This document shows, piece by piece, positions 8,442 through 17,116 of a stretch of DNA of 64,000 bases. The first letter of the stretch is position 1; every line of letters begins with the position of its first letter. Origin of the DNA: Alphaproteobacteria bacterium (GTDB lineage: Bacteria; Pseudomonadota; Alphaproteobacteria; Rs-D84); the NCBI GenBank assembly GCA_031549365.1, contig JAVBPX010000001.1, positions 1 through 64,000 of the forward strand, given 5' to 3'. The notes beneath the pieces were generated by a model. The model made no database searches. It had not been told where the DNA came from and saw nothing but the letters and a program-made list of their open reading frames with translations. The position numbers were made by a program, and so were the translations under genes.

Positions 8442-9978
8442 AGCCCAGATCCTTTAAGACTTTGACTAATTCAGATTGGGATTGCGCAGAAGATTTTAAC
8501 AGGTCGCCCAATTGCGCCGAAAGCTCTCGCATTTTAGTATCAAAATCCACATTTTCGTCACGATTCACAAATTCAATATATTTGGATGGGACCAGTGAAG
8601 CATCCTTTTCCAAAATTGCATCCTTGGTCATGCTTTTGCAATATTCCGGAGTATCGGTATATTTATCTTTGTCCACCTGCCACGTATGGTATGTATTTGC
8701 GATATCTCGAATGTCTGTTTCGGATAATTGGGTAAATTTTTTCTCAAACGGTTCGCCAATTTGGCGCAGGTCCATAAATAACAATTCGTCTGTACGGTCG
8801 CGATATTTGCGCCCGTTTGCACCAACATGTTCCTTTTTATTCTTGTTCAAAATCCAAAGCGTAACGCTGATATCCGTTGTATAAAACATTGCTCGTGGTA
8901 ACATCACAATCGCTTCTATCAAATCGTTTTCAATCAGTTTCCTGCGGATTGCCTTTTCGACGCCATCGCCGGACAATGCGCCATTTGCCAAAATAAAGCC
9001 CGCGATGCCGTTTTCAGACAATTTGCTGACCATGTGCAAAATCCATGCATAGTTTGCATTGCTGGCCGGTGGTACGTCATACCCCGCCCAACGGGCATCA
9101 TCAATCAATTCATCATTTGCCCGCCAATCCTTTAAATTAAATGGCGGATTTGCCATGATGTAATCAGCTTTCAGGTCTGGGTGTTGATCACGCCCGAATG
9201 TGTCCGCGGGAATATCACCCAAATTTGCAGATATTCCGCGTATCGCCAGATTCATCTTGGCCAGTTTATATGTTGTTGCAATCTGTTCTTGGCCATATAT
9301 TGATATGTCTTTGGTATTGCCCTGATGGCTTTCGACAAATTTCATGGATTGCACAAACATGCCGCCCGATCCGCATGCAGGGTCATAGATTTTTCCCTTG
9401 AACGGTTCAATCATTTCCGCGATCAAATTTACAATTGATTTCGGGGTATAGAATTCGCCTTTGCCTTTGCCTTCGGCCAATGCAAATTTAGACAGAAAGT
9501 ATTCATAGATGCGACCAACCAAATCCTGTTCTTTGTCTTTCAGTGTGTCAATGTTGCTGATAGTATCGACCAGCGCCGCCAATTTTGATGGATCCAGTTG
9601 CAGTCGCGAGAAATAGTTATCAGGCAATGCGCCAGCAAGCTGTTTATTCGTCTTTTCAATCTTTGATAATGCCGTGTCTATTTTAATTGCCAAATCAGGC
9701 TGCTTGGCACTCGCGCGAATGAACTCCCAGCGGGATTCTAGCTCCAGATAGAATATATTATCTTTTACATAAAATGCAGGTTCTTCGACAAACTTTTCAT
9801 GTCCATCGGCAATAATCTGCGCACGACGATCTTCAAACTTATCGCTTATAAATTTAAGGAATATCAATGACAAAGCTACATGCTTATATTCTGACGGTTC
9901 GACTGTTCCGCGCAACTTATTTGCCGCATCCCATAACGATACTTCTATTTTCTTTTCAAGCTTCTCTTTCTTTGCCAT
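8431..9978 (-). CDS. hsdM: Type I R-M N6-adenine methyltransferase
   Basis: LWDAANKLRG, GEFYTP, YDPACGSGG, NPPF. Confidence 0.97.
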   Translation of the reverse strand: MAKKEKLEKKIEVSLWDAANKLRGTVEPSEYKHVALSLIFLKFISDKFEDRRAQIIADGHEKFVEEPAFYVKDNIFYLELESRWEFIRASAKQPDLAIKIDTALSKIEKTNKQLAGALPDNYFSRLQLDPSKLAALVDTISNIDTLKDKEQDLVGRIYEYFLSKFALAEGKGKGEFYTPKSIVNLIAEMIEPFKGKIYDPACGSGGMFVQSMKFVESHQGNTKDISIYGQEQIATTYKLAKMNLAIRGISANLGDIPADTFGRDQHPDLKADYIMANPPFNLKDWRANDELIDDARWAGYDVPPASNANYAWILHMVSKLSENGIAGFILANGALSGDGVEKAIRRKLIENDLIEAIVMLPRAMFYTTDISVTLWILNKNKKEHVGANGRKYRDRTDELLFMDLRQIGEPFEKKFTQLSETDIRDIANTYHTWQVDKDKYTDTPEYCKSMTKDAILEKDASLVPSKYIEFVNRDENVDFDTKMRELSAQLGDLLKSSAQSQSELVKVLKDLGYGI

Positions 9979-9993
9979 TTTTATTCCTTGCTT

Positions 9994-11133
9994 TTAATCC
10001 TGGTTTAGTGCGTCGACGTAGTGTTTGTACACGTATGTCTGACCCCATTTTTGTTCTGATAATGGTGCCAAAATTTCCAATTCAATCAGACGGTTAACCG
10101 AACTGATTGCAGTTGGACGCGACAATCCCGTTTTTTCGACCAATTCGCCGATTTTTAACATTGGTTTTTTGCGGAACTGTTCCAATACTTTTAATGTTGC
10201 TGGCGCGGAACGCCCAATGCCCGTGACCGTATTTTCGTCACGTTGGAATATGTGGCGAATTTTCATCAGGGTATTTTTCGCATCCGTTGCGGTTTCGGCA
10301 ACACCTTCCAAAAAGAAGTTTAACCATTGTTCCCAATCGCCATCAACGCGGACGCCATTCAGATAATCGTAATAAAGTTGTCGGTGCTTTTTGAAAAACA
10401 ACGACAAATACATATACGGCGAATTCAAAAATCCGCGCGCGGTCAGATAGAATGTAATCAACAAGCGACCAACACGACCATTGCCATCAAGAAACGGGTG
10501 AATTGTTTCAAATTGATGATGAATAAATGCCGCACGGACCAGTTCTGGGATATCATCATGCTTGTTCATAAATTTTTCAAAATCGCCCAATGCGGCGGCC
10601 AATTTTTCGGGGCTAGTTGGAACGAATTTTGCATTCCCAGGGCGCGTGCCACCAATCCAATTCTGAGTTGTCCGGAATTCGCCAGGCGTTTTATTTTTTC
10701 CGCGATTATTGGTCATCAGCACTTTGTGAATTTCACGTATCAGGCGCAGTGACATCGGAAGTTTTTCAAGCCGTTTCAGACCGTAATCCATGGCGGAAAC
10801 ATAGCTTGAAACCTCTGCCACGTCGTCAACTGGTATACCAATGTTATCCGCAGCCTCGTACTTCAAAAGATCGTCCAAAGTTGATTGCGTGCCTTCAATC
10901 TGCGAGGACAGAACCGCCTCTTTGCGAACGTAAATATAATTGATAATGTCAGAGTCCGGAATCAAACCGACGACGCCATTCAGTTCGCCTATGGCACGGT
11001 TTGCCAATTCCAGCGATCGTTTAATCTCTGAATAGTCGATTTCTGGTGGCAACGGGTTCGGTGCATAGGTATTATAAGCCTCTGGACCGACTCCGCTGGA
11101 TTTAGTGTAAATGCCTTGATTCTTGCGTTTCAT
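9994..11133 (-). CDS. Fic family protein (N-terminal inhibitory helix, C-terminal HTH)
   Basis: HPFLDGNGRVGR Fic motif; SSQIEG inhibitory motif; start trimmed to ATG 11133 with AGAGG RBS. Confidence 0.95.
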   Translation of the reverse strand: MKRKNQGIYTKSSGVGPEAYNTYAPNPLPPEIDYSEIKRSLELANRAIGELNGVVGLIPDSDIINYIYVRKEAVLSSQIEGTQSTLDDLLKYEAADNIGIPVDDVAEVSSYVSAMDYGLKRLEKLPMSLRLIREIHKVLMTNNRGKNKTPGEFRTTQNWIGGTRPGNAKFVPTSPEKLAAALGDFEKFMNKHDDIPELVRAAFIHHQFETIHPFLDGNGRVGRLLITFYLTARGFLNSPYMYLSLFFKKHRQLYYDYLNGVRVDGDWEQWLNFFLEGVAETATDAKNTLMKIRHIFQRDENTVTGIGRSAPATLKVLEQFRKKPMLKIGELVEKTGLSRPTAISSVNRLIELEILAPLSEQKWGQTYVYKHYVDALNQD

Positions 11134-11155
11134 AGTGCTGTACCTCTGTATAAAC

Positions 11156-11184
11156 AGCATATCAAACAGCCTTTACAAAGTCAA
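11156..11184 (-). promoter_or_regulatory. Sigma70 promoter for the fic-hsd operon
   Basis: TTGACT-N17-TATGCT on the minus strand. Confidence 0.6.
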
Positions 11185-11351
11185 GACACAAATTAAAGAT
11201 AATCAACGAACTTTAATTTTCTCTAAAAGTTTGTAAAAGTTCATTTTAGGCAAAAATGCTACACATTTGCTACATAGAATATTATACTGTGAGAAACAAA
11301 ACGGTGCAATGGCACGGGAAACGGGCGAACGACTGTAACTAGCACAGGGGA

Positions 11352-11396
11352 TTTCTAAGCTGTGGGTCAGAGGTTCGAATCCTCTCGGGCACGCCA
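11352..11396 (+). repeat. attR-like 3' half of tRNA-Arg(UCU)
   Basis: TTTCTAA-GCTGT-GGGTC-AGAGGTTCGAATCCTCT-CGGGCACGCCA; no matching 5' acceptor strand or D-arm upstream. Confidence 0.88.
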
Positions 11397-11441
11397 ATAA
11401 ATACAATATACCCCTTGCGGGTATTTTTATTTATTTTGCAA

Positions 11442-11558
11442 GCCCAAGATTCGAACCGTCAGGTTCGCTTAAACATTTTTGTGACGCAGTCGCAAAAATC
11501 GTTTGGAAAGGGGCCCACGAGTTTACGAAGTGGGAATTACAATCTCTCGGGCACGCCA
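11442..11558 (+). repeat. Structured mini-element ending in a second copy of the tRNA-Arg 3' end
   Basis: Antisense T-arm GATTCGAACC, three hairpins, then AATCTCTCGGGCACGCCA (11541-11558). Confidence 0.6.
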
Positions 11559-11590
11559 CTACAACAAATTACATTATTTTCAAAAACCTG

Positions 11591-11619
11591 TTGCATTTAA
11601 AAAAATATCTGGTTATAAT
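11591..11619 (+). promoter_or_regulatory. Sigma70 promoter of tRNA-Pro
   Basis: TTGCAT-N17-TATAAT. Confidence 0.75.
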
Positions 11620-11629
11620 GCCAGGCGTT

Positions 11630-11706
11630 CGGGGCGTAGCTCAGTCTGGTAGAGTGTCTGGTTTGGGACCAGAAGGTCGCAGGTTCGGATCCTGTCGCCC
11701 CGACCA
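11630..11706 (+). tRNA. tRNA-Pro(UGG)
   Basis: CGGGGCG acceptor, CTGGT-TTGGGA-CCAGA anticodon region, GGTTCGGATCC T arm, encoded CCA. Confidence 0.96.
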
Positions 11707-11714
11707 GAATACTT

Positions 11715-11742
11715 AAAAGTCGCATTTATATGCGGCTTTTTT
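11715..11742. terminator. Intrinsic terminator, likely bidirectional
   Basis: AAAAGTCGCAT-TTAT-ATGCGGCTTTTTT. Confidence 0.75.
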
Positions 11743-11915
11743 CGTGTGTGGCGCACGTTCTGCGGGCCTTACGCCACACTCGTGTGACTTGGTATATAAC
11801 CCAACTTGCCCGCCGAAGCGTTCCGCGAAGGCCGGGTCTATACAATGCCCATTTTCGTGAAGTCAAGGGTAGTAAAAACATTGATTTTATATTAAATATA
11901 TGGCAAAATTCATGC

Positions 11916-12260
11916 ATGAAAAAGACAGAGCAAGAACACAATTTTTGGTTTTACCTAAGATGGATGTTATTACCATTGCTTAATTTGCTTATTGTAAGCG
12001 GAGTTGTAACAATATTTTTATATTTCTATGCATTTTTTGCACCACTTGTCACGTGGATTCCTGTTTGTACTGATGATGCACAATGCGCTGTTGCTTATGT
12101 AGGTTATTTAATATTTTTAGCAATATTAATTTCATTTATCCCTATGTTCTTTATAGCTAGATGGGTGGCGCCAAAATACAAAAAACAGATGGGCATACTT
12201 TCAATACTTGGGATTATTGGAATTATATTTCTGTTGTTTATAATAGTCTCATTGTTATGA
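11916..12260 (+). CDS. Small membrane protein (3 TM), hypothetical
   Basis: Start trimmed to MKKTEQEH; three hydrophobic helices and a CTDDAQC loop. Confidence 0.65.
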   Translation: MKKTEQEHNFWFYLRWMLLPLLNLLIVSGVVTIFLYFYAFFAPLVTWIPVCTDDAQCAVAYVGYLIFLAILISFIPMFFIARWVAPKYKKQMGILSILGIIGIIFLLFIIVSLL

Positions 12261-12446
12261 GGTACGGGAAAGTTAGCAACAAATTACCCGCCGACAAGAA
12301 TAAACAAGATCGTCCAAATGCGATTTTTTTGTATATCTGTCTTGACTTTCGTCATGTTCGAAACCACATGTTCCAAAAGTGTTAAATTTCAGCCTGTTTC
12401 GAACTTTTAAATGGTATATTCTATAAAAACATGATAAAATAAACGC

Positions 12447-13130
12447 ATGAATGATTCAGAAAAACTATTGAAAATCCGAATTGTTCTGCAACAAGTTGCA
12501 GATATTTTTGATAATGCGATTACACCAGGTATAACACGTCAGGAATGGATAAAAAATCATGATATAAAAACAGGATTGAATTACAATTTCTCATTAACCG
12601 CAGATGATATTATAAAAAATAAAATCCCACGGCGTGTCGTTGGCTGCACAGGTATTGCCAAGGTTTTTGGCAAGTTGGCAAAAGAGGCAGGTTTGGAGTG
12701 TTTTGTTGTATCAACCGCTAATTACGAAGACTGGAAAAAAGCAAAAGAAGCCGATAAGAATAAACAAAAACGAAATATTATAAATGGACATCAAATAATC
12801 GCAGTACAGTTTTCAGATGGATTGAAGGCTTTTGAGCCAGCAAATCCAAAATTAGAATTTATCAATGGTGAAGTTAAGTTAGGCAAACTTATAAAGGCAA
12901 CAGGCAATACTGGTCCAGATTTCCTTATTTCTGCGATATCGACACCAGATATGTTCGCAAATGTAAAAGAATACCAAAATATCGTTAATCTTTACACCAG
13001 TGGAGATATGAATAACGATAAATTTATAATCAAGCCCGAGATGGAGCGATTTAAGTCAGGCATAAAGAATATAAAAAACAAAACAGCAAATATGTTTCGT
13101 CATTATTTTTTTCACAAATCGCATGAATAA
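12447..13130 (+). CDS. Transglutaminase-like/papain-fold hypothetical protein
   Basis: GCTGIAKVFGKLAKEAGL..GHQIIAV..AFEP resembles the Cys-His-acid triad arrangement. Confidence 0.6.
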   Translation: MNDSEKLLKIRIVLQQVADIFDNAITPGITRQEWIKNHDIKTGLNYNFSLTADDIIKNKIPRRVVGCTGIAKVFGKLAKEAGLECFVVSTANYEDWKKAKEADKNKQKRNIINGHQIIAVQFSDGLKAFEPANPKLEFINGEVKLGKLIKATGNTGPDFLISAISTPDMFANVKEYQNIVNLYTSGDMNNDKFIIKPEMERFKSGIKNIKNKTANMFRHYFFHKSHE

Positions 13131-13203
13131 TTTTCTTTGGATTTCTTAATTTTTCGCACTCATCTAATAAACCAAATGTCGTTACTCCTGGATATGATTT
13201 AAA

Positions 13204-13229
13204 AATACCGTCCAGATGGACGGTATTTT
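13204..13229. terminator. Bidirectional intrinsic terminator
   Basis: AAAATACCGTCC-AGAT-GGACGGTATTTT between convergent genes. Confidence 0.8.
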
Positions 13230-13232
13230 GGA

Positions 13233-14666
13233 TTATTTTACTTCTTCGAAATCTCCGGGCTTCCATTTGCCATTAAACGCATCATCCGTTGGGCCATAGA
13301 CACGAAAGTACGTAAACCAGCCTTTGCCTGGGATTGTTTTTATCCATTGGCCTTCTTTACCCTTTGGCGCGTTTGGACCAAAGTACAAATCGACATATTT
13401 ACCCTTTGCATCTTTTAATTCAAACAACGAACGCAATGCCGCTTTGTTTTGGTCAGTTGCTATTTCACTGCGGTTATCAATATCGTAAACCGTAACAGAC
13501 CAGAACAATTTTGCAGGCACCATCAATGGCACACGCAATTTATATGTTTTGGCTCCATCCAAATATGCGCCCTCTTTTGTACGCGTTCCCAACCAATATA
13601 TAGATCCCTGACCAGATGCACGGCGGAACATCGCAGGGGATTCAACCATGGCCTGATAAAACCACTTTGCACGAGCGTCCAGGTCGCGATAGTTTTTGGT
13701 ATCAAATGTTCCATTTTCTGGGCGCAATGTTGCCCATTCCCATTTGCGATCCTTCCACACTATGCGATCCGAACGACGATCCGCAAACGATTGTACACGC
13801 ATTTGATCATTTGCTTTTACCGCGGCAGCTTCTAAAATTTTCTTCATCCTGGAATCTGGGTTAAACTTTTCACCCTTGATAATCCCAAGGCCCGCCAATT
13901 CGCCATAATAATTACGATAAGCTTCGTTTGCAGGTTCGTTATTTATAATTTTATGTAATTGTTCCCAATACCCCATACCTTTTTCTATTTTATTTGGTGT
14001 AAAGTCGACGGATTTGTCAGAAATATCTATCCAGTTATTCACAGACCACTTATTCCCAAGATCATGTATTTTTACGGACTTCATTAATTCAACGGCCTTT
14101 TCATTGTTACCGCCGATTGGTAATGCGCGTAGCAATAAAACAACTTTGTTGGTTGTTGCACGTCCAGTAAAGTATCCCTCTGGAATTTTGCCTTTGTATT
14201 CCGGAGGCAAGATCATGTGTTTACCACCTTTACCAGCATCCGGACCAGGCAGGCCATAATCCAAAACCCAACCTTCGTTCATATCATTTATTGCCCCCAT
14301 AATCGGACCAGCAGGCATATCAATTACAACCGGACCATTTGTCAAATCGACCGGGATAAACGCATACGGAGTGTCTGAATTCGGAGTAAATACAATTTGT
14401 TTTGGCATCCCCATGGTCAATACCGCACCATCGTTTGGCTTTACATTAAGTGTTTTAAATGCCTCGAATCCACTTGAAAAAGCAACCGTAGGGTAAAAGA
14501 ATTTATATACTTGTATTGCCCGATTCATGTCGGAATCATAATATGCTTGTTGCACTGTTTCTGATGTCGGATACCCGTTTATAAATTTATAATCTGCCGC
14601 AATCGCCGAAACGCTTAAAAGGCTTGTTAAAGCAAAACCATACGCTAGTGATTTGTAAAAACTCAT
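13233..14666 (-). CDS. Exported DUF1254/DUF1214 domain protein
   Basis: Signal peptide; TPNSDTPY, GPDAGKGGK, FWSVTVYD, RVYGP motifs. Confidence 0.88.
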   Translation of the reverse strand: MSFYKSLAYGFALTSLLSVSAIAADYKFINGYPTSETVQQAYYDSDMNRAIQVYKFFYPTVAFSSGFEAFKTLNVKPNDGAVLTMGMPKQIVFTPNSDTPYAFIPVDLTNGPVVIDMPAGPIMGAINDMNEGWVLDYGLPGPDAGKGGKHMILPPEYKGKIPEGYFTGRATTNKVVLLLRALPIGGNNEKAVELMKSVKIHDLGNKWSVNNWIDISDKSVDFTPNKIEKGMGYWEQLHKIINNEPANEAYRNYYGELAGLGIIKGEKFNPDSRMKKILEAAAVKANDQMRVQSFADRRSDRIVWKDRKWEWATLRPENGTFDTKNYRDLDARAKWFYQAMVESPAMFRRASGQGSIYWLGTRTKEGAYLDGAKTYKLRVPLMVPAKLFWSVTVYDIDNRSEIATDQNKAALRSLFELKDAKGKYVDLYFGPNAPKGKEGQWIKTIPGKGWFTYFRVYGPTDDAFNGKWKPGDFEEVK

Positions 14667-14855
14667 TATCTTCCTCCTTTTCTCCGACGTTATTTTACAA
14701 TAAAAATTGTTACAATTCAATAGGGTTGTTATCCTATACGTTTAGAGGTTTTATACAACCGCACAATGTATGTATTTTCACGCTCGATCTGAGAAATAAT
14801 TACTGTTACTGAACCGCAAATATTAAAATAAACAGAAAGTCCGTACGAATATTTT

Positions 14856-16478
14856 TTATTTTAATCCGGCCTGAATAAATGAACAGAATAACGGATGCGA
14901 CGTAAATGGAGATGATTGAAATTCTGGATGAAATTGTCCCGCAATAAAAAACGGATGATTCTTTAATTCAATTATTTCTGGCAACTTTCCGTCTGGCGAT
15001 TTCCCAGATACAATCAATCCCCTTTTTTCAAAACCGTCACATAAATTTAAATCCAGTTCATAGCGATGGCGATGGCGCTCTGAAATTTTTGTTTTGCCAT
15101 AAATTTTATGCGCCAAAGTTTTTGGTTCAATAACACATGGATATCCCCCCAAACGCAGTGTTCCACCCAAATCTGAATCGGCGCTACGTTTTGTTTTTTT
15201 ACCGTTTTGATCCCATTCAGACATCAATGAAATAATTGGTGTACATTTATTTGTAAACTCTGTTGAATGGGCGTTTTTAATACCCATAACATTCCGCGCA
15301 AATTCAATAACTGCCAATTGCATACCCAAACAAATTCCCAAAAATGGAATTTTATTTTCGCGGGCATGTTTAATTGCAATCATTTTTCCGTCAACACCGC
15401 GATTCCCGAATCCGCCAGGAATCAGAATACCGTTAACGCCCGCAAATTCTTTTCTGATTTGGGATGCATTCATTTTTTCTAAATCTTCGGCATTAACTTT
15501 TTTAATATTAACGACAACATTGTTCGCTATGCCTGCATGAAATATTGCTTCGGCCAATGATTTATACGCATCCGGGACATCGAAATATTTTCCAACCATT
15601 GCAATTGTTGTTTCGCGTTTTTTTGCGTTTAAATATTTTTCAATCTTGGTCCACTTTGAAAAATCAGGTGCCCTACGCGGACGAATTCCAAAATGCTGCA
15701 ATATTAATTTATCAACACATTGTCCACGGTATGCGGATGGGATTTTATAAATACTGTCCATATCCAATGCTGTAATAACATTATCCGGCGACAAATTACA
15801 GAACAAGGCGACTTTTTTACGATCCGAATCAGACAACATTTTTGCCGAACGACATAATAACATGTCAACCTGAATCCCAGCTTCCAACATTTGGCGAACC
15901 GAATGTTGCGTCGGTTTTGTTTTTAATTCATTCGCAGTCGATATATATGGAATTAAAGTCAAATGCACAAACATTACATTTTTACGCCCAACATCATTTG
16001 AAAATTGACGAATTGCTTCTAAAAACACTTGGCCTTCGATGTCTCCGACGGTGCCCCCTATTTCATAAATTACAAAATCTTCGTTTCCTTTGCTTGACTT
16101 TATGTAATGTTTAATTTGGTCTGTTACATGCGGGATTGTTTGAACTGTGGATCCTAAATAATCACCACGACGTTCACGAGTTAAAACATCCCAATAAATT
16201 CTGCCACCGGAAATACTGTCGCAACGATTTAATTCAATGCCTAAAAATCTTTCGTAATATCCCAAATCCAAATCGGTTTCATAACCATCATTTGTAACAT
16301 AAACTTCGCCATGCTGTAACGGAGACATGGTACCCGGATCAATATTTAAATAAGGGTCAAATTTACATATTTTCACACGATATCCATATGCCTGTAATAA
16401 CGATCCGATTGACGCCGCGGCAACACCCTTGCCCAATGATGAAACCACCCCTCCTGTAACAAAAATATACCGTTTCAT
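14856..16478 (-). CDS. pyrG: CTP synthase
   Basis: YIFVTGGVVSSLGKG, DPYLNIDPGTMSP, GICLGMQ, QFHPEF. Confidence 0.98.
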   Translation of the reverse strand: MKRYIFVTGGVVSSLGKGVAAASIGSLLQAYGYRVKICKFDPYLNIDPGTMSPLQHGEVYVTNDGYETDLDLGYYERFLGIELNRCDSISGGRIYWDVLTRERRGDYLGSTVQTIPHVTDQIKHYIKSSKGNEDFVIYEIGGTVGDIEGQVFLEAIRQFSNDVGRKNVMFVHLTLIPYISTANELKTKPTQHSVRQMLEAGIQVDMLLCRSAKMLSDSDRKKVALFCNLSPDNVITALDMDSIYKIPSAYRGQCVDKLILQHFGIRPRRAPDFSKWTKIEKYLNAKKRETTIAMVGKYFDVPDAYKSLAEAIFHAGIANNVVVNIKKVNAEDLEKMNASQIRKEFAGVNGILIPGGFGNRGVDGKMIAIKHARENKIPFLGICLGMQLAVIEFARNVMGIKNAHSTEFTNKCTPIISLMSEWDQNGKKTKRSADSDLGGTLRLGGYPCVIEPKTLAHKIYGKTKISERHRHRYELDLNLCDGFEKRGLIVSGKSPDGKLPEIIELKNHPFFIAGQFHPEFQSSPFTSHPLFCSFIQAGLK

Positions 16479-16630
16479 ATTTTCCCCTTTTTGCCATATC
16501 AAAGCTTAATTATATACAAAAAATGATAAAAAAAATCCAGGGTTTGACTCAAAATAAAGATCTTGATTTAAAACCAAAAACACGATATTATTTGTAACGT
16601 ATCACCCATTGAAAACAAGGAGATTTTTAA

Positions 16631-16990
16631 ATGGCAAAAAAAGTTATCAAAAAAACAGCTGCGAAACCAGTAATGGCAAAACCAGCACCAAAAACAGAAA
16701 CAAAAACATGCAAATGTTCCGGTAAAAAAATCGTTGTATCGATTGTTGTATTGGCCGCTGCTGTTGCTGTTGGATTTGCCGCAGGCAAAACATGCAACAA
16801 ACATCACATGAAACGTGCCATGATGGATCGCATGAATGAAATGTTTGTAAACGGCTGTTTGGATGCAACAAAAGTTACATGCCCAAAATTGGCTGAAAAA
16901 ATTGCAATGATGGATGCCGATCAAAACGGTTGCGTTACTGTTGAAGAATTCAAAAGCTTTAAACAGGAACACCGCGGATGTCGTAAATAA
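16631..16990 (+). CDS. Small single-TM protein with EF-hand motif
   Basis: RBS AGGAG; Lys/Ala-rich N-terminus, TM helix, DADQNGCVTVEEF EF-hand loop. Confidence 0.7.
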   Translation: MAKKVIKKTAAKPVMAKPAPKTETKTCKCSGKKIVVSIVVLAAAVAVGFAAGKTCNKHHMKRAMMDRMNEMFVNGCLDATKVTCPKLAEKIAMMDADQNGCVTVEEFKSFKQEHRGCRK

Positions 16991-17116
16991 TTAATTTACG
17001 TAAATTTTTCTGGGGGCCCGCCGCTCAAAATAAATTTTATTTATTTTTGGACCTGGTGATTGCCCCCTTTTTTTATTGGGTTGATTTTGTGGAACCAGGA
17101 ATATAAACTGAGATCC

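Larger units (their letters stand above)
1..11396. mobile_element. Integrative element at tRNA-Arg(UCU), phage-satellite/PICI-like; left end outside window
   Basis: Integrase at left, displaced tRNA 3' half (attR-like) at 11352-11396, all genes co-oriented on the minus strand, terS + cos-like site + defence cargo, no virion structural genes seen. Confidence 0.85.

Noticed and set aside
11320-11396. A complete tRNA-Arg gene
   Set aside because: No 5' acceptor strand (GTGCCCG) or D-arm, and the 5' anticodon stem does not pair; only the 3' half is present
11203-11406. 67-aa minus-strand ORF (ACPRGFEPLT)
   Set aside because: Typical antisense translation of a tRNA 3' end
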